From Camelus ferus (Eukaryota): a stretch of 64,000 nt of DNA. The number at the start of each line of letters is the position of its first letter. The first letter of the stretch is position 1. The notes under the pieces are model-generated. The model ran no database searches. It was not told where the DNA came from and saw only the letters and a program-made list of their open reading frames with translations. The stretch spans positions 63,862,001 to 63,926,000 of the forward strand of contig NC_045707.1 in assembly GCF_009834535.1 (NCBI RefSeq). Direction: 5' to 3'. Made by a program: the position numbers and the translations under genes. Shown piece by piece: positions 27,101 to 36,300 of this stretch.

Positions 27101-30100
27101 ATACTTGAAAACACATCAGCACGACAAAGCCAGGACAGTGTGGCTTACTGCATTTGAAAGAAATCCTCAGAACGCAGAGGTTTTTTATCATATGTGCAAA
27201 TTCTTCATCTTGCAGGTAAAAAAAAAAAAAAAGACTCAGAATTCTTAAATATGGTATTTTTATGTTTCACATTTTCTTACACATTTTTTAAAATGTTTCA
27301 GGCGTCATCCTCTCCAGGATGCTTTTCCTGACCCTAACCAGTTAGGTATTTCTCCCTGCCTTAATACCCCGTGGATAGTTCTTTACCACTGTACTTAATC
27401 ACATCACCTTGTAATTTTGTTTATAGTTGCTTTCTATACTTTGCTGAGAACTCCAAGGATAAGGACCATGTCTTATTCCAGTTTAGAGTCTCCCACCCCC
27501 AACACCTAGCATAATGCCAAACATGTAACAGGGCTTAATAGATAAATGGTGAAAATGGTGAGTGAAACTTGAGCCCGTGGTATACCGAGTGTTAAACCGT
27601 TTGATGGTTTGTTCAGTTTAATTTGGAGATCAGAATACGGAAGTCATCTCTACCCATACTTCCTCAAAAACCTAATATAATCAGTGATTTTTTTGGTGGA
27701 GGAGTTGGGGCGGAGGGGAGAGGAAGGTTTCTGCCCTTGAAAGCCTAATGTATATTCTTCCTTCTCTTTTTAAAATAGGATCAAGGAGATAATCTTCTTC
27801 CATTTTTGCGGAAATTTATTGCATCCTTCTTTAAACCTGGGTTTGAGAAGTACAGTAACTTGGATCTGTTTCGGTAAGTTTGTAGAACTCTTGATTTGTA
27901 GAAGAATGAGAAACAGCATAGCTCAGTGGAAAGATCACCAGTTTTTTGGTGTATGACATTTTAGGCTGATTTTTTTTTTTTTAAGTTAACTTGAACATGC
28001 TCTTGCAAAACTGTTACAAGGGCAGTAGAATTTATTAAAAATGGACACAAAATGTAAGATGCTTTATAGTCTTTGGATTAAGGCCACTAATGAAGGAAGT
28101 TACATATTAACGCCATAGTAGTTCATTCTGCTTTTAATGTATTGTCATTGTCGATTGTAACACTTAATACTGTAGCAACAAATTATCATGACAGTCTCAG
28201 TGATTTTTGATACAAGTGAGTTTTAATTTATTGGATTGGTGATCTAAAGTAGATGTAAATAATTTGCCCTTTAAAAAAAAAATTCTAAAGAGAATTGCTT
28301 TAACTTCTGAAATGTTGTTGAGTAGCTGCTTTAGAAGATTCTTTTCTCGACCATTGCTTTCTCAGTAACACAGAGCCTTGTGTTTATTGCCTTTATTTGC
28401 TTCCTTGTGAGTTCTTGTTCTAACAACAATAGGAGGCCACAGCAGGTCATAAAGAATAGTTTTTTGGGAGGCTTTTTAAAGTTCTCTTCCTTCTTCCTCC
28501 TCATCTCTCTATAGGAATCAGCAAACTTTTTTCCTTGAGGGCCAGGTAGTAAATATTTTGGGCTTGCAAGCCATATGGCCTGTCACTACTGGTTAACTGT
28601 GTTCCTGTAGCAGGAAGGCAGCCATAGACAGTATGTAAATGAGTGGGCTCGGCTGTGTTCCAATAAAAGTTTATTTATGAAAATAAGTGTAGTTTGCTGA
28701 TCATAAGTAAAACAGCATCAAAAGGAAAATATTTATCATGGCATAGTTGTATTATTTTATGTTAGGAACAACTGAGAGGAGGAAGGGGTAAGCTGAATAT
28801 CTCCTAAAAATATTCTTGTGGAAAATACTGATAAGTGAAGATAAAATCTTGGATTTATACAGCAAATCTAATGCTTGTGTATATTTTTCCTTGGAGCTCT
28901 CTCTGTGTATCCCACCCCACACCCCCACCCCATATAGCAGTGTTGTATAAAAACCTATTTTAAAAAATAACCCACATTTTGTTAAGTCTGTGGTCTATCC
29001 ACTCAGGAATATTTTGTGAACATGGCAGTTTTATTTGCGATTTGGCAAAAAAGTTTGGGGTCACTATTCTTTCCTAGTCTTGAGTCTTTACAGCTGTCCT
29101 CTTATGGTAGCCAGTTTACTGACATAGTGATTTTAATACTCTTTCTGAAATTCTTTCTGCTCTGCTAAGTCTAGATTAATATCTTACAATTAATTACAAA
29201 AGAATAATTTGAAATGCAAATTACCAGAAAGAATTAAACTAGTCTATAAGAAATTTAGAAGTTGTTCAGCTTCTCCATGCTGATTTTTTCCGGTTTAAAT
29301 TAGATTGCTTTAATGTCTCAAACTCAAGCAAAGGAGAAATTCAAGGCTGAACCAAACTTTTTTACGACTTGCTGGTTCTGGTCTTCCTTTGGGCAGGGAG
29401 GTAATTGTTTTAACTTAGGATGCTGCCGGTTTGAGCTGTGGTCAGTGACCTGCAGACCTTCTTGATGTCAGCTTAATGCAGCGGAATAAGTATGTGTCAA
29501 TAAAAACTTGAAAGTGGCCTGCCTCCTGATAATCTCATCATTGACTAAGTCATCTCCTTTTATTATTTTTTTCGTGGAAATAGTCTTAATTCATAACCAA
29601 GAATTATGAGAAATAGATATCCTGTTCTTAGTTTATTTAGAAAATTTGAAGTTCTTATTTACAGAGTGTGCATTCCTGTTAACTTAGGAAATCCTTTTTG
29701 AATTACGTATGAAGAGAATGGTAGTAAGTGAGCGTTTTCATCATTGCCATGCTTACTGGTATTGATACAAATTTTTAAAATTTATGGAAGAGCCTAAGCT
29801 TATTAATAGGAGAAAGTCAATGCTCTTAATAGGTTCAAAAAATTTTTTTTAATTTCGTGAGAAGAAATTGTAAAGCAAAGTACTTAGAACTGTAATATTT
29901 AGAGTTGGATTCCATCATTTCCTATATATGGTTTAGTATAAGTTCTATATATCTGTATAATTATATATAGTATATATATAATTATATATATAAATTATAT
30001 ATATGTATACATATTTATATGTAGAATTTAGTATACAGACAGAAAGAGCTAGATGGGATAATTTTAATGTGTTTCAAATCAATTTGAAGATTAGTGGATA

Positions 30101-33100
30101 GCCATAAAAGTTAACTTGGGGATCTCATTCACCTTACTGAAGTTAGCCTAGCCATAGTCTTAGATAGATTAAAGTTACCTCTTCTTCCTTACCTCAATTT
30201 TCAGTGGAGAGAGCCAGTATTCTTAGAAGTGAAGTGATTAGCTCATGGTAACGGAGCTAGGTGTGGCCAAGTCGGGGTGATAACCTGACTTCTAGCAGTT
30301 CCATTTCTCCCCTTTCTTATAGTCACTGTCCAGCCTCCCCTGCCCCTTTACAGCCTCTCCAATCCATTAAAACTTGGTCCCTTGAAATAATTCTTAAATC
30401 CAGTGCAAACAGTTAAACTAGATTGTCATTGCTGAGATCAATGTATTTCTTTAAAAACATCGTTCCTTAAGATGCAGGTAATGTTATACACAGATTCAGA
30501 TATATCGGGGGGGAATCCTGAGTTAGTCAAAGTCAAATAAATATTTTTACTGATTGACTTCTTAGAGTCTTTAATATCCTAATCTTTTTTGTGGCTTTTT
30601 AAGAGGGGGCTGTAATTTGCAGATTTCTCATCTTATTTGATTATAGACCTCTTTTTGACAAGTGCCTTTTGGGTCAGTATGTTACAGAATGCACTTTAAT
30701 ATCATGTCTAAAATTAAACATACGGTGGTATGCGTGCGTATGTATGTGAGGGGGACTTGTTTTCAGGTACCAAGTTCTGTAACTCAGAATTTTTTTTTTT
30801 AACAAGAAAATACAGATTTTGTGGGAAAATTTTAGATACTTGGTAGTCTCATTTGTTCTTTTTTAAAATTGGGTTAAATTAGATGATTGTGGTGGTTTGT
30901 TTAATTTGGGGGATAAATTTTTTAAAATTCATTTTAGGAGAGGTTTTATTCATGTAGATATAGAATAGTAAATATGTAATGCTAGAGATGTGACCAAAGT
31001 GGTATGGTACACATGTAAAAATAAAGTCTCATTACCCAGTAAAATATTTCATGGAAATTTAAGTTGAAACTGAGGGTTTCAGCATTAGTAATTCATATGT
31101 GCATAGATACAGTTTCAAACAGTGTGATTTTTTTCTTTTCCAGATATCTCTTAAATATCCCAGGACCACTTGACATTCCAGCCCGTTTATGTAAAGGGAA
31201 TTTTGATGATGAAACGTTTAACCACCAGGTTCCTTATTTGTGGCTGATTTACTGGTGAGACATTATCTACTGTGGAGAGAAATGTTGCCTACTAGGCTTG
31301 CCTTTGTTGTTACTGAATTACACTGTGTGAAAATTAACCTGATGTTAAAATCATTGAAGCAAAATTGAAGGGATGCTAAGGTTTGTATTATTGAAGAAAA
31401 AAGATCAAAAGAAGGATTCCATTGTAATAATATCTGTGATGTTTAAAGTAAACTCTTTCATTCCTTTACCTAATTGAATTGAGCTGTGGACATAAAATAT
31501 GTTTTCCTTCGTTTTTTTAAACAGCCTTTGTCATCCTCTTCAGTCAAGTATTAAAGAGACAGTGGAGGCATACGAGGCAGCGTTAGGAGTGGCCATGAGA
31601 TCTGACATAGTGCAGAAGATTTGGATGGAGTAAGTTCAGTCCCTCCCAGTAGGAATGGGATGTGGTCCTACTAAGCAGTGCTTTAGTAGGATATTTCTGA
31701 ATCTCATCACTGCAAATTGTATTTGTTGAACTGTCATTTTCATCTAATTCCAATTATTTGTAATTTACTTCAGAATTTTTCTTCTCATGAATTATAAAGT
31801 GTGTTGTTTACATTTAAAAAAATTGGTAAAATGGTAAATTTTATGATAGGTATGTTTTACCATAATAAAAAAAAAAAGAAGAAAAAAAGAACGGGATTTG
31901 GAATAAGGGGATATGGTGGGGAAAGGGGTGGTCGGCTTTCTTGTTAGAGAATTACTGGCTTAATTATTCTAAATGATAATATTTTTCTTTTGACAGTTAC
32001 CTCGTCTTTGCCAATAATAGAGCCGCTGGATCCAGAAACAAAGTCCAAGAATTCAAATTTTTTACTGATTTAGTGAATAGATGTTTGGTTACAGTCCCTG
32101 CCCGATACCCCATTCCTTTTAGCAGTGCTGATTACTGGTCCAACTATGAATTTCATAATAGGGTAAGAACTTAAAACTTTTTCTTTATGTATTTGTACAA
32201 AATGAGGGGACTTATATGATAGCAAAACTCCTGTTTAATACCAAGAGAGCTTTTCCTAGGACCACTTTACTAGCATTTGCTATTATTCTTGACCTTGTTT
32301 TCTGTCTCTTCAACATCTAGGAACAGAGCCCTTTAGGTTTCAGTTAAGATAAAATGTGACTATTGATTATGTTCTGTTTAAGAATATTTAACATTGGAGC
32401 ACAAGTGAAGAGATGTTATGGTTTAATGCATATTAAAAAAGAAAGATCAAAAGAAGTAGTTGTAATGATAATGTTTTGCTTGAGTAATTGGAAATTTTAC
32501 TAAATGAAAAATTCCTTCAAGATAAGTAAGAATGGGCTTACGTGTTATAGCTGTTCTTTATCAGTATTTTGTCGAGCAAATATAACTATACATAGGACAT
32601 AAGAAAGCTGAAATCAGATGCTGTTTAGAATTTTTAAGAGTAGAATCTGAATGTTGATTTATTTATAAGGTCATCTTCTTACAGGCAATGAAGCAAAGGG
32701 TTTTTTTTAAATTGCTTTATTTTCAGAGACCCCTTTTCATTCAGTACAGTGGAGGCTGAAAGTTCCTGCAAAAGCTGGTGTAGACTAAAACGTCTCTGTT
32801 TTATTTATTTATTTTTTGGTGGGGCGGTTTTGTTGCTAATCGGGATAACCAATTATTATGCTTTGTACTTCTATGCCATTCTTTATCCCAGGATCTCAAA
32901 CCACTTTGTGGACATTAAGCCATTTACACACGGGCATTCCATGAGCAAGATGTGGCAGGTATTCTTAGCCCTATGGCTTGCCCAGCTATACAGCGAGTAA
33001 AGGTAGCCTCAGGAATGACAACCCGGACTCCTGGCTTCTTGTCAGTGTTCTCAGTCCATGGCTCTCATCACTAGACCATATTTCCTAATTCATATTTGGA

Positions 33101-36100
33101 AAGTCACTAATAAAATTAATGGTAGGAATTGTAACTCACAGCATCATGCATTATTATAATTTGACATTCATGTCTTAAAGACCATTTTGTTTTTCTCATT
33201 AAAACACGTAGATAATTGGATTTCACATTTTGTTGCATTCTTTTTCCCCCCCCTCAACCTTTACAGGTTATTTTCTTTTATTTGAGCTGTGTTCCAAAGA
33301 CCCAGCATTCCAAAACCTTGGAACGGTTTTGCTCAATTATGCCAACTAATTCTGGACTTGCACTGAGGTAAGAAATAATAAAATTCTTTTGGTTCTCAGC
33401 TCAGTAGAATAGGCTCTTCATATAAAATTATTCTTGAAAACTTGCTAAGAACATTCTGTTCTTCCACTGTTTCCTCACTGATATGGTACTAGTTTAATTT
33501 CAGAGTTGTTAAGTCATATGCAGTTATTCATGTAAAAATCTGGTCACGTTGGAAAACTGCAGATTGTAAGGGGGCTTATAATTCAAGTAAAGTTCGCCTG
33601 TGTCCCCTAAGCATACACTGTCTGTCCTTGGTGCTTGTATTATAAGCAGTAAGTGTATTTTACAGACGAATATTACGTAAGAGGTCTTTATTAGTGTTAC
33701 AGAGAGAAGCAGCCACCTATATATATGTGTATTTTTTTTGGTTACTGTGACTTATTTTCATGTAGGTCAGTTATTCTCAAATATTAGCATGCATCAGATT
33801 CTCCTGGGATGCTCATTTCACATGCACGTTCCTGAGCTAGAACTCTCAAACCACATTTGAGAAACACTTGTCCATGGATTTCATACATTCAGTTAGAAGG
33901 AGATTTCTGAGCATTTCTTTGTAGTTTCTCAGCTCTGATAGAATAAAACCCATTTTAACCCTCAAGAATTTTGCTTTTTGATTCAGAAAGTTACCCTGCA
34001 TGCTAATTAATGCTTTGGCTTCTTCTTGTGCAGCCATTTCCACTGCATCAGTTGTCTTAAGTTTCTAAGTTTGTTTTATGGGTTATAAGGTACCTAAAAT
34101 ATTTATCAAATATTCACTTGTATTTTTAAAATATTTACATTATACTTAGCATGCATTATGGGAAAATAGATAAGAAACTGAAAAAAACAATTAAAAGCCT
34201 AAGGCTGTGACAGAAATAGCCATAGCTTTTCATAATAAAACTTCTTAGTAAGCATGCTAGTCTGCCAAAGTCAATTACAGAAATTTGTGTTATAAAGCAT
34301 CACCTTTGGTAAACATGTGGAATAGAAAAATGTGGTGATGTTTTGACTAGTTTCTATAATGATGGGCGTTTTGGAATATAAGTGGTTTAATTGTTGGTTT
34401 TGTTGGTAAAGCTCCCCTTTTGTGTTTTGATACTTCGGATTTCATTGTGGTCATCCTTCTCCTTTTCTTCAGAATAGAGAACTTAATTAGTTACTGTACT
34501 TAAAACATGTTAGCTCAGGAAACATTCACAAATAAGTATACTCTAAAAAAAAAAAAAAAAAAGAAAAAGAAAAACACCAGGAATTTGCATTAATACATCA
34601 ATTCATTGTTTTAGAAAATTTGGGAAGATGAAACATGTAGAATATAATTTGGAGAGGATGCTTTAGTATCCTGTAGGAATATGTGGGCCTTATTTTAATT
34701 TGTTGAAGATGGCATGGGTCTTGACTAGGCCTTTTGCTAGTCTGCGTATTTCTTTCCCAGGGTGATATTTGTAAGAGGCATTGTCAAATACTTGCTGAAT
34801 GGCCTTGATGTAATTTAACTGACCAGAAACTGTGCCTCGTCTGACACTAGCTCTTAGAGCAGACTTGGGGTTCCCTACACTTGCAGTGCTTTTGCTCATT
34901 TCCCTGAATGTACTTTACAGGCTGCTTCAACACGAATGGGAAGAAAGCAATGTTCAGATTCTGAAACTTCAAGCCAAGATGTTTACATATAATATCCCAA
35001 CATGCCTGGCCACCTGGAAAATGTAATGCAACAATCCTGTACATGTTTTTATAGCTATTGCTTTATTTATAAGGTTTGCTCCAGACAGGTAAATCTGAAA
35101 TGACATCTTTTTTTTTTTTTTCCCCCAACCTGGACAGATCTCTACTCTCGTTTAGATTTTTTTTTTCTTTTTGGGCACCTGCTGAGGTTTTATACTGAAT
35201 GTGAGGGAGTGATCGCTAACGATTGCTTCTAGAAGCAGAATGAACAGAATTCAGTTTTCCTTGAAGGAGAACATTGAGATAACGTGATGTTATCAAACAA
35301 ACAAATCTGTTGCACACATTTTAAGACCATCTCTTTTGAAATGCAGGGTTTCGCCCTGTTATAATCTAATGTCTTCTTTCTTTTAAAGGTGTTAGTGCCA
35401 AATATTTTTTACTAGTAATTATGTATATTTTTCATGAACGTTATTTATGTTCAAAACATGGTCTTCTTTATTATTGTAAAGTTGATAAAAATTGTTGAAT
35501 TTTTCTTTTCACTATAGGTTACCCTCCTTGGAAGTTTAGCCTGTTACTTTCAGGAAGTTTTGTACTCAAATTCCCACAGTCAGTATTCTGCCAGTGGTAG
35601 TATCTCATTTTGTTAGAAGATATATAAATTTTTCTTTCCCTTTTCTATATTCCTTTTTTTTCTTAGAGCCATTGCTGCTGAGATTGTTCTAAAGGGACAA
35701 AGAGAGGTAAGCCATGATTGACTTATCAGATGGCCCCCCTCCCTTTTAAAAATAGTTATTCTGCCCTTTTTTTGGACTTCTCAGTTTAAAAGGGTTAAAG
35801 CATAGACGTTAACATTTTAAGGACTCTAAATGTTAGGGAACTCTCAAACCTAACATAACCATTTTGTTTTAAATGTTACTGTATTATGAAGTACGATTCA
35901 AATGGTTAGGATTATGAAGGTGTTTTTCATCATGTTTCCTGATGGAATTGTGTGTGTATCTATCTTATAGGTCCACCGTTTATATCAGAGAGCCTTACAG
36001 AAGTTACCTCTTTGTGCATCACTGTGGAAAGATGTAATGCGTTTTATCTTTTATTTCATCTTGAAGTTTTCCTATAAATTTTCTGCATGTGCCATATCCA

Positions 36101-36300
36101 TTGATGTGGTAATGCTCAAAATCTAGCTTAGTCTTACTTCTATGCTTCCCTGTCTTTTACAGCAACTCTTGTTTGAAGCATCAGAAGGAGGTAAAACTGA
36201 TAACCTGAGAAAACTAGTTTCCAAGTGCCAAGAGATTGGAGTCAGCCTAAATGAGCTCTTAAATTTAAACAGTTACAAAACAGAAAGCAAGAATCACTGA
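3290..36300 (+). CDS. ZFC3H1: ZFC3H1 (zinc finger C3H1 domain protein, PAXT/MTR4 adaptor), 5'-partial multi-exon CDS; 33 coding exons in window (probably exons 3-35)
   Basis: join(3290-3354,5878-6076,6329-6552,7839-7962,9746-9843,11169-11378,11573-11737,12701-12838,13437-13558,13966-14115,15471-15645,15883-16014,16394-16933,17021-17130,17962-18093,18226-18347,19318-19419,19634-19753,20572-20755,22097-22283,23460-23648,24303-24540,26829-26934,27017-27215,27779-27873,31144-31254,31525-31629,31997-32162,33267-33367,34921-35022,35667-35706,35971-36033,36163-36300). All introns GT-AG with matching phases; total 4952 nt. Encodes coiled-coil and Pro-rich regions, the zinc finger CRFDLTGTCNDDDCQWQH and a HAT/TPR-like C-terminus ending ESKNH*. 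Convergent neighbour LGR5 matches known mammalian synteny. Exon numbers assume 35 exons as recalled for human. Confidence 0.96.
3660..3810 (+). mobile_element. MIR SINE
   Basis: ttactagct..gtgatcttg..acttagcct..cctctgttttc..tctgtaaaatg..gttgttgtgagg core. Confidence 0.7.
4075..4210 (-). mobile_element. MIR SINE
   Basis: ttttacagatgag..gtgatttgct..ggagtttgaa. Confidence 0.55.
4367..4564. mobile_element. MER3 (hAT-Charlie)
   Basis: cagtgctgtccaatagaa..tagccacatgtggcta..ttggacagca inverted termini; 8-bp TSD-like ctctagat/ccctagaa. Confidence 0.85.
5878..6076 (+). CDS. ZFC3H1: ZFC3H1 exon ~4 (KLGEDEEELSELQLRLLALQSAS...)
   Basis: tttaaag| ... CAG|gtgatc; 199 nt; within ORF 5818-6132. Confidence 0.93.
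6329..6552 (+). CDS. ZFC3H1: ZFC3H1 exon ~5 (AKQALRKQQTKAWKKLQQ..., charged coiled coil)
   Basis: ttgaag| ... AAA|gtaagg; 224 nt. Confidence 0.93.
7839..7962 (+). CDS. ZFC3H1: ZFC3H1 exon ~6 (SSDPDLRRSLDKQ...YDNYEEVAMDTDSE)
   Basis: acttag| ... CAG|gtatga; 124 nt. Confidence 0.92.
9746..9843 (+). CDS. ZFC3H1: ZFC3H1 exon ~7 (APSPVQPPFFSECSLGYFSP...)
   Basis: polyT-aatag| ... TCT|gtaagt; 98 nt. Confidence 0.92.
11169..11378 (+). CDS. ZFC3H1: ZFC3H1 exon ~8 (Pro-rich PLPPLPPLPP; EEEEEMLLREELLKSL)
   Basis: aactag| ... GAG|gtaatt; 210 nt. Confidence 0.93.
11573..11737 (+). CDS. ZFC3H1: ZFC3H1 exon ~9 (ETSSNSDPPSPP...RTVIS)
   Basis: tttag| ... TCG|gtaaaa; 165 nt. Confidence 0.92.
12701..12838 (+). 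CDS. ZFC3H1: ZFC3H1 exon ~10 (LPKHKSVVVTLNDSDDSES...EARRTAE)
   Basis: ttgcag| ... GAG|gtaagc; 138 nt. Confidence 0.93.
13437..13558 (+). CDS. ZFC3H1: ZFC3H1 exon ~11 (QASKPKVPP...LPEEKKIEYRLLKEEIA)
   Basis: ttctag| ... CAA|gtaagt; 122 nt. Confidence 0.92.
13966..14115 (+). CDS. ZFC3H1: ZFC3H1 exon ~12 (REKQRLIKSDQLK...)
   Basis: tttcag| ... TAG|gtgagt; 150 nt. Confidence 0.92.
15471..15645 (+). CDS. ZFC3H1: ZFC3H1 exon ~13 (ILLMKDESVLKNLVQQEAKK...)
   Basis: aattag| ... CAA|gtaatg; 175 nt. Confidence 0.92.
15883..16014 (+). CDS. ZFC3H1: ZFC3H1 exon ~14 (IHKVQQRVTIKKALTLKYGEELAR...)
   Basis: ttttag| ... GGA|gtaagt; 132 nt. Confidence 0.92.
16394..16933 (+). CDS. ZFC3H1: ZFC3H1 exon ~15 (PNKMMRLDNSP...LEYEYALKIQKLKE...)
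   Basis: ttccag| ... CAG|gtaacc; 540 nt; ORF 16403-16999. Confidence 0.95.
17021..17130 (+). CDS. ZFC3H1: ZFC3H1 exon ~16 (EISVDVDF...PFRPYHSPLLVFKSY)
   Basis: ttccag| ... CAG|gtatag; 110 nt, after an 87-nt intron. Confidence 0.92.
17962..18093 (+). CDS. ZFC3H1: ZFC3H1 exon ~17 (FSPYYRTKEK...CRFDLTGTCNDDDCQ, first three Cys of the C3H1 finger)
   Basis: ccttag| ... ATG|gtaagt; 132 nt. Confidence 0.94.
18158..18196. repeat. (TA)n microsatellite
   Basis: atatatatatgtgtatatatat... inside the 132-nt intron. Confidence 0.9.
18226..18347 (+). CDS. ZFC3H1: ZFC3H1 exon ~18 (QHTQDYTLSRKQLFQDILSY..., His of the C3H1 finger)
   Basis: ttttag| ... CAG|gttttt; 122 nt. Confidence 0.92.
18480..18688. mobile_element. 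MER3-like element, opposite orientation to the 4367 copy
   Basis: cactagccacatttcaaatgctc..catttccattactg..gaaagttct. Confidence 0.7.
19318..19419 (+). CDS. ZFC3H1: ZFC3H1 exon ~19 (EKYVEKLFGVNKDRMSMDQMAVLLVS...)
   Basis: ttccag| ... ACA|gtgagt; 102 nt. Confidence 0.92.
19634..19753 (+). CDS. ZFC3H1: ZFC3H1 exon ~20 (PPFTTYKDKRKWKPKFWRKP...)
   Basis: ctttag| ... ATG|gtgaga; 120 nt. Confidence 0.92.
20572..20755 (+). CDS. ZFC3H1: ZFC3H1 exon ~21 (...DDVRYFTNETDDIANLEASVLENPSHVQLWLKLAY...)
   Basis: ttatag| ... GGG|gtaggt; 184 nt. Confidence 0.93.
22097..22283 (+). CDS. ZFC3H1: ZFC3H1 exon ~22 (LDSALNVLARALENNKDNPEIWCHYL...)
   Basis: atgtag| ... ACA|gtgagt; 187 nt. Confidence 0.93.
23460..23648 (+). 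CDS. ZFC3H1: ZFC3H1 exon ~23 (FLHLESTFEEKDYVCERM...)
   Basis: tggtcag| (weak pyrimidine tract) ... CAG|gtaaac; 189 nt. Confidence 0.88.
24303..24540 (+). CDS. ZFC3H1: ZFC3H1 exon ~24 (NALKLAND...DRCLAWLAYIHL...)
   Basis: acctag| ... AAG|gtaagg; 238 nt. Confidence 0.93.
25050..26600 (-). mobile_element. Degraded LINE-2 cluster (includes a short opposite-orientation L2 piece at ~25260-25365)
   Basis: Purine-rich L2-like sequence; gtgcttagtaaatgtttattgaatgaa L2 tail; boundaries approximate. Confidence 0.5.
25598..25680. repeat. (GGAA/GGGA)n polypurine tract
   Basis: aaggaagaaaggaagaaaggaag...gggagggagggaggaaggaagg. Confidence 0.9.
26829..26934 (+). CDS. ZFC3H1: ZFC3H1 exon ~25 (DAVKACTDESLAVEER...)
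   Basis: ggatag| ... GAG|gtaaaa; 106 nt. Confidence 0.9.
27017..27215 (+). CDS. ZFC3H1: ZFC3H1 exon ~26 (YEAAVELCKCLLESCP...)
   Basis: gtgaag| ... CAG|gtaaaa; 199 nt, after an 82-nt intron. Confidence 0.92.
27295..27562 (+). mobile_element. LINE-2 3' fragment
   Basis: tcctctccagga..ttcctgaccc..gagaactccaagga..aggaccatgtctt..acctagcata. Confidence 0.65.
27779..27873 (+). CDS. ZFC3H1: ZFC3H1 exon ~27 (DQGDNLLPFLRKFIASFF...)
   Basis: aaatag| ... TCG|gtaagt; 95 nt. Confidence 0.92.
28512..28703. mobile_element. MER58A (hAT-Charlie)
   Basis: cagcaaacttttt..gggccaggtagtaaatatttt..gcagccatagaca..gctgtgttccaataaaa..tagtttgctga. Confidence 0.85.
29945..30022. repeat. TA-rich low-complexity tract
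   Basis: tatatataattatatatataaattatatatatgtatacatat. Confidence 0.8.
31144..31254 (+). CDS. ZFC3H1: ZFC3H1 exon ~28 (YLLNIPGPLDIP...VPYLWLIY)
   Basis: ttccag| ... CTG|gtgaga; 111 nt. Confidence 0.92.
31525..31629 (+). CDS. ZFC3H1: ZFC3H1 exon ~29 (LCHPLQSSIKETVEAYEAALG...KIWM)
   Basis: aaacag| ... GGA|gtaagt; 105 nt. Confidence 0.92.
31805..31890 (+). mobile_element. Old L1 (L1MB-like) 3' tail fragment
   Basis: ggtaaaatggtaaattttatg..tttaccataataaaaaaaaa. Confidence 0.6.
31997..32162 (+). CDS. ZFC3H1: ZFC3H1 exon ~30 (YLVFANNRAAG...LVNRCLVTVPARYP...)
   Basis: tgacag| ... AGG|gtaaga; 166 nt. Confidence 0.93.
33267..33367 (+). CDS. ZFC3H1: ZFC3H1 exon ~31 (VIFFYLSCVPKTQHSKTLERF...)
   Basis: ttacag| ... 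GAG|gtaaga; 101 nt. Confidence 0.92.
34921..35022 (+). CDS. ZFC3H1: ZFC3H1 exon ~32 (LLQHEWEESNVQILK...PTCLATWK)
   Basis: ttacag| ... AAT|gtaatg (weak donor); 102 nt. Confidence 0.9.
35667..35706 (+). CDS. ZFC3H1: ZFC3H1 exon ~33 (AIAAEIVLKGQRE), 40-nt small exon
   Basis: long pyrimidine tract, tcttag| ... GAG|gtaagc; phase fits both neighbours. Confidence 0.9.
35971..36033 (+). CDS. ZFC3H1: ZFC3H1 exon ~34 (VHRLYQRALQKLPLCASLWKD)
   Basis: ttatag| ... GAT|gtaatg; 63 nt; HAT-like repeat. Confidence 0.92.
36163..36300 (+). CDS. ZFC3H1: ZFC3H1 last exon, coding part (QLLFEASEGGKTDNLRK...ESKNH*)
   Basis: ttacag| acceptor; TGA at 36298-36300. Confidence 0.94.
   Translation, partial: QLLFEASEGGKTDNLRKLVSKCQEIGVSLNELLNLNSYKTESKNH

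Noticed and set aside
3290..36300. Minor (U12) introns or intronic snoRNA genes in ZFC3H1
   Set aside because: All donors are U2-type GT with no GTATCC; I saw no convincing C/D or H/ACA structure by eye, though an Rfam/Infernal scan would be needed to exclude one
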